DNA of 63,804 nt, filler included, from Candidatus Rokuibacteriota bacterium (GTDB taxonomy: Bacteria > JAUVQV01 > DATDCY01): NCBI GenBank assembly GCA_031406795.1. It is 5 parts of 5 records of this genome, joined end to end, with 100 filler letters (N's around TTAATTAATTAA, not from the genome) between each part and the next. Parts side by side here need not be neighbours in the genome. Positions count along the whole stretch, not along the records: positions 1 to 16,892 come from JANOHV010000237.1; 4 more parts are not named here. One strand, written 5' to 3'. The notes under the pieces are model-generated. The model had not been told where the DNA came from. It did no database searches and saw nothing but the letters and a program-made list of their open reading frames with translations. The position numbers and the translations under genes are program-made. Positions 1-12,511 of this stretch are shown piece by piece (the stretch's first letter is position 1; every line of letters starts with the position of its first letter).

Positions 1-173
1 AAATCACGACTGGGATTTTTTTGTGAACTTGGTGCCCGAGTCCGGGGGGTGCTTCTGTACGGGTTTGGTCAAGGCTTTGACTTGTGGGCGGGGTGGGGGG
101 CTGGGGCCCGCCCCACACGCACCCCGAGCACCACCGCCGCCAAGGCGCGTCCTGGCCTCCCGCGTGACCCGGG

Positions 174-734
174 CTAACGGATACGGGCCTGGATGGCCTT
201 GAATTCGGGGGTGCCGGCGCGCCCGAGCAACTGGAAGAGCACCGTCTCGGTGCAGGTGATCACCGCGCCGGCGTCGCGCTGCAGTTCGAGCGCGGTGCGG
301 GCGTTCCCGGGGTCGCGCGAGCAGACGGCGTCGGCGGCGACGTGGACGTTCACGCCGGTGGCGAGCAGGCCGAGGACGGTTTGCAGCACGCAGATGTGCG
401 TCTCCATGCCGCAGACGATCACCGTCGAGCGGCCGGTCTGCTCCAGCGCCGGCGCAAACGCCGGTTCGCCGCAGCAGTCGAAGGTCAGTTTTTCGATCGC
501 GGGCGTGCCCGCCAGTGCCGCGCGCAGTTCAGGGACGGTCGGCCCGAGACCCCGGGGGTACTGTTCGGTGAGCAGAACCGGCACGCCGAGCAGTTGTGCG
601 GCGGCAATCAGGTGCCCGGCGTTGGCGACGACGCGCTCGCGCTCGGCCATCACGACGGCGAGCCGCTCCTGGATGTCGACGACGAGCAGCACCGCGTCGT
701 CGCGGTCGAGTTGGAACGTGCTGATGCGTGTCAT
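174..734 (-). CDS. Isochorismatase-family cysteine hydrolase
   Basis: 186 aa; VVDIQERL, TEQYPRGLG, EKLTFDC and GMETHICV motifs (D/K/C triad). Confidence 0.88.
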   Translation of the reverse strand: MTRISTFQLDRDDAVLLVVDIQERLAVVMAERERVVANAGHLIAAAQLLGVPVLLTEQYPRGLGPTVPELRAALAGTPAIEKLTFDCCGEPAFAPALEQTGRSTVIVCGMETHICVLQTVLGLLATGVNVHVAADAVCSRDPGNARTALELQRDAGAVITCTETVLFQLLGRAGTPEFKAIQARIR

Positions 735-869
735 GGCCCCCCCTGTGATTTTGTCAATGACGGCATTCTAACACTCCTGAGCATTCTGGCGGCGGAGGTC
801 CGCAGCGACAGGACCCCGTAGCCTGCACTGGAATAGAGATATTTTGAAAACCGCAGGATCCAATCGGTG

Positions 870-904
870 AAAAAAAGGCGCCCGTCGCAGGAGCGACGGG
901 CGCC
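870..904 (-). terminator. Rho-independent terminator after acs
   Basis: GGCGCCCGTCGC/GCGACGGGCGCC 12-bp stem next to an A7 run (U7 on the minus strand), just past the acs stop. Confidence 0.8.
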
Positions 905-920
905 ACGAGGAACAGCGGTG

Positions 921-2897
<1,977 letters not shown>

Positions 2898-2945
2898 GCC
2901 GCCTCCTTGTGGTGTTGTTGCCGCTCCCCTGGTGATGGCCCGGGG

Positions 2946-4508
2946 CTACTCCGCCCCGATGCCGACGTATGCTCGTAATTTCTCGTCCTCGAACTTCGCC
3001 TCGGCCGTCGGCTCGCGGGTCAGCAGCGAGACCACGATCCCGACCAGGAACGCGCCCCCCATAGAGAAGACGCCCGGGTTCTTGTACTTCACGATCGGCG
3101 CGGCATTGTGGAAGATGTCCACCCAGACCGTGGGGGAGAGCACGATCATGGACACGGCGACGATCAGGCCGGTGTAAATGCTCGTCACCGCCCCCACGGT
3201 GGTGAAGCGCTTCCAGAGAATCGACATCAACAGCGCGGGGAAGTTCGCGCTCGCGGCGACGGCGAAGGCCAGCCCGACCATGAAGGCCACGTTCTGGCCC
3301 TTGAAGGCGAGCCCGAGCACGACCGCGAGGATGCCCAGGGTCACCGTGGCGGCCTTGGCGACCTTGACCTCTTCGCGCTCCGCGGAGACGCCCCGGCGGA
3401 TGACGCCGACGTACAGGTCGTGCGAGAGCGCGGAGGCCCCGGCGAGCGTCAGGCCGGCGACCACCGCGAGGATCGTCGCGAAGGCCACGGCGGAGAGGAA
3501 GCCGAGGAAGATCGGGCCGCCCAGCGCCTCGGCGAGCAGCGGCGCGGCCATGTTGCCGCCCTTGTCGATGCCTGTGATGACTTTCTGTCCGACGAGCACC
3601 GCGGCGCCGAAGCCGATGGTCACGGTCAGGATGTAAAAGTAGCCGATGAAGCCGGTCGCGTAGAACACCGACTTGCGGGCCTCCTTCGCGTCGGGGACGG
3701 TGTAGAAGCGCATCAGGATGTGCGGCAGTCCCGCGGTGCCGAACATCAGCGCGAGTCCGAGGCTGAACGTGTCGAGCGGGTTGGTGTACATGCCGCCGGG
3801 CTCGAGGAACTTCTGGGTGTAGAGTTTGGCGGCCTCGCCGAAGAGTTTGCCGTAGCTGAAATCGAAGCGCGAGCCCACCATCAGCACGAGCAGGGTCGCT
3901 CCGCCGAGCAGCAGCACGGCCTTGATGATCTGCACCCAGGTCGTCGCAAGCATCCCGCCGAACAGCACGTACGAGATCATCAGCGCGCCGACGAGCACGA
4001 GCGCGCCCTCGAACGGCAGGTTGAACATCAGTTTGAAGAGCGTGCCGGCGCCGACCATCTGGGCGATCAGGTAGAAGAGCACCGTCACGAGCGAGCCGAT
4101 GGCGGCGGCGGCGCGGACCGGCCGCTGCTTGAGCCGGTAGGCCACGACGTCGGAGAAGGTGTACTTGCCGAGGTTGCGCAGCGGTTCGGCGATCAGGAAC
4201 ATCACGATCGGCCAGCCGACGAGCCAGCCGACCGAGTAGATCAGTCCGTCGTAACCCTTGGTTGCGACGATCCCGGCGATCCCGAGGAACGAGGCCGCGC
4301 TCATGTAGTCCCCGGCGAGCGCCAGGCCGTTCTGGAAGCCGGTGATGCTCCGGCCGGCGGCGTAGAACTCCTTCGTGGTGCGGGTGCGCTTGGCGGCCCA
4401 GTAGGTGATTCCCAGGGTGCTGAGCACGAAGAGCAGGAAGAAGGCGATTGCCTCGGGGCTGAGCGTGCCGACGACGGTCTGGTAGGCGGCGGGCTGTGCG
4501 GTCGGCAT
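2946..4508 (-). CDS. actP: Cation/acetate symporter ActP (SSS family)
   Basis: [29 protein letters not shown] and [25 protein letters not shown]; lies between DUF485 and acs. Confidence 0.93.
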   Translation of the reverse strand: MPTAQPAAYQTVVGTLSPEAIAFFLLFVLSTLGITYWAAKRTRTTKEFYAAGRSITGFQNGLALAGDYMSAASFLGIAGIVATKGYDGLIYSVGWLVGWPIVMFLIAEPLRNLGKYTFSDVVAYRLKQRPVRAAAAIGSLVTVLFYLIAQMVGAGTLFKLMFNLPFEGALVLVGALMISYVLFGGMLATTWVQIIKAVLLLGGATLLVLMVGSRFDFSYGKLFGEAAKLYTQKFLEPGGMYTNPLDTFSLGLALMFGTAGLPHILMRFYTVPDAKEARKSVFYATGFIGYFYILTVTIGFGAAVLVGQKVITGIDKGGNMAAPLLAEALGGPIFLGFLSAVAFATILAVVAGLTLAGASALSHDLYVGVIRRGVSAEREEVKVAKAATVTLGILAVVLGLAFKGQNVAFMVGLAFAVAASANFPALLMSILWKRFTTVGAVTSIYTGLIVAVSMIVLSPTVWVDIFHNAAPIVKYKNPGVFSMGGAFLVGIVVSLLTREPTAEAKFEDEKLRAYVGIGAE

Positions 4509-4512
4509 CGCC

Positions 4513-4824
4513 TCAGGCTCCGATCTTCTCGCGGACGCGTTTGACGAGCGCGTCGTACGAGGTGTTGGCCCAATAGACGTAGATGCCGGTGAGCACCCAG
4601 GAGAGCAGGATGACGCCGACCGCGATCGGGATGCCGATGGTCATGGCGGAGTTCTCGGAGAGTTTGCCCGACAGGAATGGCTTGTTAAACGCGATCAGTG
4701 CGATGAAACCGAAGTACAGCGAGAGTTCCACGATCGTCAGCACAGTCGAGATCGTTCTCTTCTGTCCTGCCAGGGCCTGGAAGTCCGGGTCCTCAAGAAT
4801 GTTGTGCGCCGATTTCCCGCTCAT
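4513..4824 (-). CDS. DUF485 (YjcH-like) small membrane partner of ActP
   Basis: 2-TM protein with a [12 protein letters not shown] motif directly upstream of actP; start placed at MSGKSAH after a GGAGAGG RBS. Confidence 0.85.
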   Translation of the reverse strand: MSGKSAHNILEDPDFQALAGQKRTISTVLTIVELSLYFGFIALIAFNKPFLSGKLSENSAMTIGIPIAVGVILLSWVLTGIYVYWANTSYDALVKRVREKIGA

Positions 4825-4951
4825 GCTGCCTCTCCCCAATGGATAGATATCGCCGCGTCGGGTCGGCCGGGCTGCAGTCCGGCGCACGATCCCCGCACCT
4901 GGAGGGGCATGCTACCACCAAGAAAAACGGGAAAAATCATTACTTTTCCGC

Positions 4952-6862
4952 TCACCATATGGAGGCCCGGTAGCGCTCGATCACGAGCCCCTGCACTTTG
5001 GTCACCAGGCCGAAGGCCTCCCGCGCCGTCTTGCGCTCCAGCGCGCTCAGCCCGTCCGGGTCGACGAAATTGTCGGGTTCAAGCCCGGCCGCGGCCTGGG
5101 CGTGCTGATGGTGGATTCTCAGCAGCATCAGGAACTCGAACGCCTGCTCGAGTTCCTCGCCGTAGCGGCCGACGATCGTGTTCTGCTCGCGCAGCGCGCG
5201 CAGGCGGTCGAGTGTGCCGGTCTCCGGCGAGCCCTTCTCGAGCGCGAAGAGACGGGCCAGATCGACGATCGGGGCGATCGCCTTGAGCTTGAGGTTGAGC
5301 TGGTCACGGTGCTCGCCTTCCTTCTCGACGACGAAATGGTGGAGGAAGCCAAGCGGCGGCGGGTTCTTGATGATCTGATTCGCAAGAAAACCGAGGAAGG
5401 CCGGCGTGCGCGCGATGGCGGCCGCCAGGTGGGCGCGCAGCTGCACGGCGAGATCCTCGGCGCCGAACAGGGGGCGAAAGTCGAAGAGGATCAGCGAGCG
5501 CAGCACCGCCTCCGCGTCGGGATTGCCGACCCAGGAGGAGAAGGTCCGCTTCCAGTCGCGCAGCGGCCGGCACCACTCCGGGTTCGCGGCCATGTAGCCC
5601 CCGGGGCAGAGCGGAAAGCCGCAGCGCGCGAGCGCGTCGCGGACCAGCGGCGTGAAGGCCGCGAACCACGCGCTCGCCTGCCGCGCCTGCTCCTCGTCGG
5701 CCGGGTCGGTGTAGATGACCGCATTGTCCTGGTCGGTCTTGAAGGTCTGCTCGCGCCGCCCCTCGCTGCCGAACACGATCCAGCACCAGGCGACGGGGGC
5801 CGGCTCGAACTGTCTGCCGACCAGTTCGAGAACCTTGCGCACGAGCCGGTCGTTGATCTCGGTGATCACGCGGGTGAGGTTGCCCGCGCCGGCCCCCTCC
5901 TCCAGCAGGACGCCGATCATGCCGTCGACCGCGCGCGCGGCGCGGCAGAGGCCTTCCAGATCCTGCTGGTCCTCGATCTCGCGGACAACCGCGATCGGCG
6001 AGGCCCCCTGGAGCATCATCAAGTCGTGATTGGTGATCACCCCGCGCAGGCGCCCGTGCTCGAGAACGGGCAAGTGGTGCACGTTGCTGCGGATCATCTT
6101 CACCAGGGCCTCGAAGCAGATGTCGTCGGGTTCGGCGGTGATGACGAGCGGGCTCATGATCGTCTCGACGGGCGCCGCGCCGTCGAAGGCCGGGGCGGCG
6201 ACTTTGTCGCGGAGGTCGCGGTCGGTGATGATGCCGACGGGTGCGCGGTCGGCCGCCGCGATGACCAGCGAGCTGACGCGGTTGCCCGACATGATCAGGG
6301 CGGCATCGCGGATCGAGAGGTGCGGGGGGGCGGTGACCGCCGCGCGCTTGACGAGTTCGCCGACGGGGGTCGAGAACATCAACTGCTCGCGGCCGCCCCG
6401 GGCGCGGTTGCCGTCGCGCAGGTCGCTGAAGAGCTTGTCCATGTAGGTGGTGATGAACGTGCGGGTGAAGAATTCCCGGACTTCGGGCCGCCGCTCGAGC
6501 AGCGCGAGAAAATGCTCACGGGGGATCAGGTAGCAGAGCGTGTCCTCGACGGCGGCTACGTTGGTCCGCGAGCGCTCGCCGCTGAAGAGCGAGAGGTAAC
6601 CGATCGCGGCACCCTCGGAGCGGTAATCGACCTCGACTTCGCCGGCGTTGCCGGCCGAAAGGGAGACCTTGACCCCCCCCGACACGACGATCTTCAGAAA
6701 CTCGCTCGGCGGGTCCCCCTCAGCCAGAAGCGGCGTGCCGGCGGGGGAGAAATCGATTTCCACGTGCGCCGCCAGTTCGCGCAGGTCGGACGCTTCCAGC
6801 AGTCGGAACGCCGGAACGCGGGCGAGAAACGCGGCTACATCTTCGATGACCCAGTCACTCAT
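4952..6862 (-). CDS. cNMP-binding/CBS-pair/DUF294 putative nucleotidyltransferase (copy 1)
   Basis: N-terminal cNMP domain, CBS pair (GIITDRDLR, HHLPV), NTase motif FGSEGRREQTFKTDQDNA, and DUF294_C (LNLKLKAIAPIVD). Start uncertain (6862 or 6946). Confidence 0.9.
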   Translation of the reverse strand: MSDWVIEDVAAFLARVPAFRLLEASDLRELAAHVEIDFSPAGTPLLAEGDPPSEFLKIVVSGGVKVSLSAGNAGEVEVDYRSEGAAIGYLSLFSGERSRTNVAAVEDTLCYLIPREHFLALLERRPEVREFFTRTFITTYMDKLFSDLRDGNRARGGREQLMFSTPVGELVKRAAVTAPPHLSIRDAALIMSGNRVSSLVIAAADRAPVGIITDRDLRDKVAAPAFDGAAPVETIMSPLVITAEPDDICFEALVKMIRSNVHHLPVLEHGRLRGVITNHDLMMLQGASPIAVVREIEDQQDLEGLCRAARAVDGMIGVLLEEGAGAGNLTRVITEINDRLVRKVLELVGRQFEPAPVAWCWIVFGSEGRREQTFKTDQDNAVIYTDPADEEQARQASAWFAAFTPLVRDALARCGFPLCPGGYMAANPEWCRPLRDWKRTFSSWVGNPDAEAVLRSLILFDFRPLFGAEDLAVQLRAHLAAAIARTPAFLGFLANQIIKNPPPLGFLHHFVVEKEGEHRDQLNLKLKAIAPIVDLARLFALEKGSPETGTLDRLRALREQNTIVGRYGEELEQAFEFLMLLRIHHQHAQAAAGLEPDNFVDPDGLSALERKTAREAFGLVTKVQGLVIERYRASIW

Positions 6863-6958
6863 GTCTCTGGATTTTCCCCGCTCATCGGTGACTCCAGATG
6901 CTCGCGGGGACGCCTGACGCGTAACCGACGAGCCGTAATCCAACACGACTCAAATCGT

Positions 6959-6974
6959 AGCAAATAACGTGCCT
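6959..6974 (-). promoter_or_regulatory. Sigma54 (-24/-12) promoter of DUF294-1/actP/acs module
   Basis: Minus strand reads AGGCACGTTATTTGCT, matching GGCACG-N4-TTGCW. Confidence 0.72.
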
Positions 6975-7079
6975 GGCCTTCTTGCTGCCGCATCAATTAG
7001 AATTTCGCTGTAAATACAATCCGATGTGCGATCAGCAGCGGGTCGTTTCGGGAATGTTCCGCCCCGGGAGACTCGGTGC

Positions 7080-7094
7080 GTTACAAATGGTAAC
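7080..7094. promoter_or_regulatory. Putative enhancer (bEBP) site
   Basis: Palindrome GTTACAAATGGTAAC about 105 bp upstream of the sigma54 motif; 13/15 identical to 14588-14602. Confidence 0.55.
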
Positions 7095-7250
7095 CGGCGG
7101 CGGTCTGGTGCCACCTTTCATGCAGACAGCCCTCCGCAGGTCGGGGGCAACGAGCGTCAGCGGTGCCATTCCGTCGGCGATACGCGATGACGAAGCCTGA
7201 AATGGCCGGCAGTTGACAACACCAGAGGGTAGCGTCTACAAACCCCCATC

Positions 7251-8183
7251 ATGTGGACTGTCGTCGCAGCGCTGCTGCCCGCTGCAGCAGTGGGTGTCTT
7301 TTACTTCGGGACCCCGGCGCTCGCCGTACTCCTGATCTCGATCACGGTGTGTCTCGCCCTCGAGGCGCTCGCGCTGCGCCTGCAGGGTCGTCCGGTCATG
7401 CTCGCAGATGGCAGAGCGGTCCTGATCGGGCTGTTGTTGGGGATGAACCTCCCGCCCGGCTCGCCGGTCTGGTTAGTCGTAGCCGGCTGCGCGGTGGCGT
7501 CGGCGTGCGCCAAGCTGGTCTTTCGCGGGCTCGGGTCCAGCCCGTTGAATCCGGCACTCGTCGCGCGCGTTGTTCTGCTGGTCTGCTTCCCGGCGCAGAT
7601 GACGAACTGGAGCCCGCCGGGCGGTCTCTTCAGCGCAGCTCCCGGCGCGACACGCGCGCTCAGCCCGCTCGATGAGGTCGGCCGGGGGCTTCTGGCGCAT
7701 GGTACGGCGCTGGCGGCCGGCCGGCTGGATCTGCTCGACGGGTTGATCGGAAGGATCCCCGGCAGTGTTGGCGAGACGTCGGTGATCGCGCTCGCGCTCG
7801 GAGGAGCGTTCCTGCTTTGGCGCGGGATCATCTCCTGGCATATTCCCGTCGCGTTTCTCGGCAGCGTGGCGGCGCTTGCGGCAATCAGCTCGGCCATTGA
7901 CCCCGCCCGTTTCCCCGGCGCTGGTTTTCATCTCGTAACCGGCGGGTTGGCGCTCGGCGCGTTTTTCATGGCCACCGACTCCGACGCCTCTCCGGCCTCG
8001 CCGCGCGGAATGCTCGTCTACGGGGCCGGATGCGGGCTGTTGACCTGGATGATCCGCTCCTGGGGGGGCTATCCGGAGGGCGTCCCGGTCGCGATTCTGC
8101 TGATGAACATGTTCACGCCACTGATTGTCCTGTACTTTCCGCCGGGGCGATTCGCAGAGCCGGGGCCGAATGAGACTTCCTGA
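7251..8183 (+). CDS. RnfD/NqrB-family membrane protein (orphan, divergent)
   Basis: LNPALVAR, GSVGETS, FFMATD and GGYPEG motifs; no other rnf genes adjacent. Confidence 0.85.
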   Translation: MWTVVAALLPAAAVGVFYFGTPALAVLLISITVCLALEALALRLQGRPVMLADGRAVLIGLLLGMNLPPGSPVWLVVAGCAVASACAKLVFRGLGSSPLNPALVARVVLLVCFPAQMTNWSPPGGLFSAAPGATRALSPLDEVGRGLLAHGTALAAGRLDLLDGLIGRIPGSVGETSVIALALGGAFLLWRGIISWHIPVAFLGSVAALAAISSAIDPARFPGAGFHLVTGGLALGAFFMATDSDASPASPRGMLVYGAGCGLLTWMIRSWGGYPEGVPVAILLMNMFTPLIVLYFPPGRFAEPGPNETS

Positions 8184-8203
8184 CCCGCTTCCGGCAATGC
8201 CGG

Positions 8204-9067
8204 CTACCGCGCTGAAACCAAGCCGGCCGCGACCCGCCTGCCGTGCCGACCCCGGCCCGGCTCCCCGTCGATGAGAGCCGTCACCTCGGCGCCGAGCAGC
8301 AGCACCGCCGCGGAATAGTAGGCCCAGACGAGCAGCACCGCGGCGGCGCTCAGGGAACCGTAGACGAGCGAGAAACTCCCGAACGCCGACACGTACAACG
8401 TGAAGAGGTGCTTGGCCGCCTCCCAGAGGATCCCGGTGAAGAGGGCGCCCAGCAGGCAGGCGTGCGCGGACGCCCGGCGATCCGGGACGCGGTGGTAGAT
8501 CAGGAAGCAGATCAGCAGCGAGACGAGGAAGGGGACGACGTAGGCGAGCGCAATGTTGAGGAGCACCCCCGTCGTGGCGGGAAGCAACGGGGAGGGAAGC
8601 CGCCGCAGGTACTCGAAAACGGCAGTCAGGCCGACGCTCACCAGGAACGAGGCGCCGCACAGCACGATCATCAGCAGGTCCAGCCCCAGCCCGTGCAGCG
8701 TGCCCCGGGCTTTCGGGACGCCGAAGATGGTGTTCAGAGCGACCCTGAGCCAGCCGAAGATCGTCGTGGCCGCCCAGAGCAGGCCGATCGTCCCGACGAC
8801 TCCGTAGGTCCCGCGGTGGCTGAAGCTCTCGAGAAGATCCCGGTGCAGGGACGGGTCGAGCGCCGGCGCCGCCTGTTCGAGATAGCGACCCAGTTGCTCG
8901 GCGACGCGCTCGTCGGCGAACAGGTAGGACCCCGCGAACGAGAGCAGCAGCAGCGTGAAGGGCACCAGGCACAGCAGCCCCTGGAACGCGATCCCCGAGG
9001 CGAGGAAGAAACCCTGGTCGCGGTCGAATTTCGCGAGCGCCGAGCCGAGGAGGCGGATGGCCTGCAT
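8204..9067 (-). CDS. YihY/BrkB-family membrane protein
   Basis: ASGIAF..LL..VP, ALNTIF and YGSL..LLVWAYYSA..LLGAE motifs. Confidence 0.88.
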   Translation of the reverse strand: MQAIRLLGSALAKFDRDQGFFLASGIAFQGLLCLVPFTLLLLSFAGSYLFADERVAEQLGRYLEQAAPALDPSLHRDLLESFSHRGTYGVVGTIGLLWAATTIFGWLRVALNTIFGVPKARGTLHGLGLDLLMIVLCGASFLVSVGLTAVFEYLRRLPSPLLPATTGVLLNIALAYVVPFLVSLLICFLIYHRVPDRRASAHACLLGALFTGILWEAAKHLFTLYVSAFGSFSLVYGSLSAAAVLLVWAYYSAAVLLLGAEVTALIDGEPGRGRHGRRVAAGLVSAR

Positions 9068-9139
9068 GGGCTGATTATCGCGGCTGGGGTTCCCGCAATG
9101 CAAGCGGCAAGGTGCTCAGTCGAAAAGCGGGCGAGGCCG

Positions 9140-9433
9140 TCACGATCCGGAAGGGGCGGCGAAGAGCACCAGCTTGATCTTCCAGGCGGTCAACGCCACC
9201 CAGAGCAGCGACAGCAACACGAAGGAAACGAAGGGCAGGTGCCGGTCGAGGACAAAACGCGGGGTGACCTGACGGACAAGCCGGTCTGCCGGCTGCGTCA
9301 CCCGCTTGAAGAGACGGAAGGCGAAGTTCTTCTCCCGCGCCGACGCGGCCACCAGAAAGATGATCGCCTGCCCGAGGTAGACCATGGCCAGAAGCTCCAC
9401 GCCCGCCTTGAGCACCCTCACAAGCGCGAGCAT
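9140..9433 (-). CDS. Small membrane protein (YggT-like) downstream of SSS transporter
   Basis: 97 aa, two hydrophobic segments, VTQP..VRQVTPRFVLDRHLP motif, GGAGAGG RBS. Confidence 0.7.
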   Translation of the reverse strand: MLALVRVLKAGVELLAMVYLGQAIIFLVAASAREKNFAFRLFKRVTQPADRLVRQVTPRFVLDRHLPFVSFVLLSLLWVALTAWKIKLVLFAAPSGS

Positions 9434-9514
9434 CCGGCGCCTCTCCCCGGGGAACGGGCTTCGCTCCGGTGTCGGCGGGGCGGCGGGAACCCCGGGTTCA
9501 CGTCGTTGCCACGC

Positions 9515-11419
9515 TCAATCGTCGTGGCTGGAGGCGCCCACCGCGCCGCGCGGGTAGCGCACGCTCTCGACGAACTCCTGAAGCTCCCGGCTCGGGGCCG
9601 CGGTCAGCCGCGAGACGGCATAGATCGTCAGGAAGCCCGCCGGGATGCCGAAGATCCCGGAGGAGACGGTCTTGATCCCCCACCATTCCAGGCCGTAGAA
9701 GCGGCTGCCGATCATGTAGAAGACGGTCAGACAGAAGCCGACGGTCATCCCGGCGACCGCGCCGGTCTTGTTCGCGCGCTTGTCCCAGACGCCCAGCACG
9801 AGCGCGGGGAAGAACGAGGCCGCTGCGATGGAGAAGGCCCAGGCCACCAGTTCGACGATGATCGTGATTTTGTAGGTCGCCACCCATGCGGCGACGCCCG
9901 CGGCGAAGACGAGGAGGACGCGCGAGATCGTCAGGCGGCGCATGATGGAGGCGCTGGGGTTGAGCACCTTGTAGTAAAGGTCGTGGGAGAGCGCGTTGGA
10001 GATCGTCAGCAGCAGGCCGTCGGCGGTCGAGAGCGCGGCGGCCAGGCCGCCCGCCGCGACGAGACCGGAGATCACGTACGGGAGGCCGGCGATCTCGGGG
10101 GTCGCGAGCACGATGGCGTCCGCGCCGAGCGTCAACTCGCCGAACTGCAGGATGCCGTCCAGGTTCATGTCCCTGATGGCGACCAGCCCGACCAGGGCCC
10201 AGTTGGCGGTCCAGGCCGGCAGTTCGGCGATCTTGCTGCCGACGAGGGTGCTCAGCACTTCCCAGCGCGCGAACGCCGCGTATGCCGGGGCGGTGAAGTA
10301 GAGCAGGAAGATGAAGAAGAGCGACCAGCCGACCGAGGAGCGGGCGTCCTTCACGGAGGGCACCGTGTAGTAGCGCATCAGAATGTGCGGCAGCCCGGCC
10401 GTTCCGACCATCAGGCAGAAGGTCAGCGCCAGCATGTTCTTGCGGTCCATGCGGGCGAACGGCTGAAGGTACGGCTTGATCGGCTTGGAGGAGGCGACAG
10501 CGGTCTTCTGGGCGGCGATGAGTTTTTCGCGCTCGGCAATCGGGGTGGCCGGGTCCTTGAGTTTCTCGCCGATGGCCCGGCCCTCCTCGGCCCACTTTTC
10601 GCGGACCACGCTCTCCGCCGGGTCGGCGATGATCTCCTTCTCCCGGGCGTCGATCTTCTGGAGGATCTGCCCGTACATGATTTCGGAGACGGGCACGCCG
10701 GTGTGCTTGTAGGACATGACGGTCACCGGGGTCAGATAGGCGATGATCAGGATCAGGTACTGGGCGACCTGCGTCCAGGTGACCGCTTTCATGCCGCCGA
10801 GCAGCGAGCAGACGAGGATGCCGCCGAGGCCGACGAAGACGCCGACCCCGAAGTCGATGCCGAGGAACCGGCTGGTGATGATGCCGACGCCGGTGACCTG
10901 CGCGATCAGGTAGGTGAACGAGGCGGTGATCGCCGCGACGACGCCGATCAGGCGCGGGATGTTGCCGCCGTAGCGCGCGCCGAGGAAATCCGGGATCGTG
11001 TACTGCCCGAACTTGCGCAGGTAGGGCCCCAGAAAGACGGCCAGCAGCACGTAGCCGCCGGTCCAGCCCATGATGTAGGCCAGCCCATCGTAGCCCATGA
11101 CGTAGATCGTGCCGCCCATCCCGATGAACGTGGCCGCGGACATCCAGTCCGAGCCGGTGGCCATCCCGTTGAAGACCGAGGGCACCGAACGCCCGGCGAC
11201 GTAGTACTCCGAGATCTTCGCGGTCCGGGAGACGACGCCGATCAGCGCGTAGACGCCGATGGTCACGCCGATGAAGGTGTAGCCGATCGTCTTCGGCGGC
11301 AGGCCCATTTTCTCGGCGATCCCGAGCAGGATCACGAAGGCGATGAAGACGCCGGTGTACATCCCGTAGACCCGGCCGAGATTGTCGAGGAAGGCGCTGC
11401 TTCGCTGCTTGGCCATCAC
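9515..11419 (-). CDS. Sodium:solute symporter, VC_2705-like subfamily
   Basis: YYVAGRSVPSVFNGMATGSDWMSAA and GGLAAALSTADGLLL; overlaps the upstream DUF4212 gene. Confidence 0.92.
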   Translation of the reverse strand: MMAKQRSSAFLDNLGRVYGMYTGVFIAFVILLGIAEKMGLPPKTIGYTFIGVTIGVYALIGVVSRTAKISEYYVAGRSVPSVFNGMATGSDWMSAATFIGMGGTIYVMGYDGLAYIMGWTGGYVLLAVFLGPYLRKFGQYTIPDFLGARYGGNIPRLIGVVAAITASFTYLIAQVTGVGIITSRFLGIDFGVGVFVGLGGILVCSLLGGMKAVTWTQVAQYLILIIAYLTPVTVMSYKHTGVPVSEIMYGQILQKIDAREKEIIADPAESVVREKWAEEGRAIGEKLKDPATPIAEREKLIAAQKTAVASSKPIKPYLQPFARMDRKNMLALTFCLMVGTAGLPHILMRYYTVPSVKDARSSVGWSLFFIFLLYFTAPAYAAFARWEVLSTLVGSKIAELPAWTANWALVGLVAIRDMNLDGILQFGELTLGADAIVLATPEIAGLPYVISGLVAAGGLAAALSTADGLLLTISNALSHDLYYKVLNPSASIMRRLTISRVLLVFAAGVAAWVATYKITIIVELVAWAFSIAAASFFPALVLGVWDKRANKTGAVAGMTVGFCLTVFYMIGSRFYGLEWWGIKTVSSGIFGIPAGFLTIYAVSRLTAAPSRELQEFVESVRYPRGAVGASSHDD

Positions 11420-11694
11420 TCCTCCTCGTGGAGATTGTATTTGCGATCGACGAGATTCATCGTGCGGGAGTAGTTGAAGACGAGCAGCACGAAGACGATG
11501 AGGGAGCCCTGGGCCCCCATGTAATAACCGAGCGGGAAGCCGAAGATCACGATGTGATTCAGCGCTTCAACGAAGAACGCCGCGCCGAACGAAACGGCCG
11601 CCCAGACGATCAGCGTGATCGTCGTGAGCCGTTTGTTCTCCCCCCAGTAGGCGGCCAGTGTCGCCCGGTCCACCCTCGCCTGCTGCATGCTCAT
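11416..11694 (-). CDS. DUF4212 small subunit of SSS transporter
   Basis: YW.EN and GFPLGYYMGAQGS..VFV motifs. Confidence 0.9.
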   Translation of the reverse strand: MSMQQARVDRATLAAYWGENKRLTTITLIVWAAVSFGAAFFVEALNHIVIFGFPLGYYMGAQGSLIVFVLLVFNYSRTMNLVDRKYNLHEEE

Positions 11695-11834
11695 GTTCCC
11701 CTCCTGTTCAGATGTTGGCTAACAGGCCGCCGAGGAGGCCTGCCCGAAGAACGAGTTTTTCAGGACCCTGCCAAATCCTGCCGATTCTGTCCTTCCCGTC
11801 CGTCGTGGTCAACCCCTCGCGGTCTGTCCGCCGG

Positions 11835-12503
11835 TCAGGGTTTGCCGACGCGCAGCAGATCGCCGAGCGTCCGCACGCCGAGGCCGGGCAGCGCGCGCAA
11901 CTGGCGCTGCAGAAGTTGAGCCGTGATGAAGGCGTCGGTGAGCGCGTTGTGGGCGCCGCCGATCCGGATGCCGTGGCGTTGGGCGAGCGAAACGAGATTC
12001 AGTTCGCCTTCCGCCGCCGCGTAGCCTCCCGCGTGGCGGAGGCGCTGCTGCTCGACCCACCCGTGGATGCGCACGGTGTCCACGGCCCGCCGGCGCAGGT
12101 CGGCGGAGCGGATCGCGGACGCCTCGCGCGCGAGAAAGCCGAGGTCGATGCTGAAGAAGTGCCCGACCAGGATACGGTCGCCGCAGAAGGCGAGCAGCTC
12201 TTCGGCGACGATGTCGAGAGACGGTTTCGCGGCCACGTCGTCGGGGGTGATCCCGTGCACGACGATGCTCTCGCGCTTGAAGTTCGCGCGCGGGCTCACC
12301 AGCCGGTAAAAGCTGCGCCCGAGCTCGATGCGCGTGCCGGCCATCTTGATGGCGCCGACCGAGATCACCGAGTCGCGCTTCATGTCCAGGCCGGTGAGTT
12401 CGGTGTCCACGACGACGAACGGAATCTGTTCGATCGGCAACCCGGGGTCGACGACCGCCCCGGCCTTGAGAAACCCGCGAAACCTCTCGACGAGCGTGGC
12501 CAC
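11835..12503 (-). CDS. DEDDh 3'-5' exonuclease-like protein (DnaQ family)
   Basis: VVVDTELTGLD, GHFFSIDLGFL and HNALTDA; GTG start with GAGG RBS, 8 nt after the DUF294-2 stop. Confidence 0.88.
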   Translation of the reverse strand: MATLVERFRGFLKAGAVVDPGLPIEQIPFVVVDTELTGLDMKRDSVISVGAIKMAGTRIELGRSFYRLVSPRANFKRESIVVHGITPDDVAAKPSLDIVAEELLAFCGDRILVGHFFSIDLGFLAREASAIRSADLRRRAVDTVRIHGWVEQQRLRHAGGYAAAEGELNLVSLAQRHGIRIGGAHNALTDAFITAQLLQRQLRALPGLGVRTLGDLLRVGKP

Positions 12504-12511
12504 GTTTCCTC

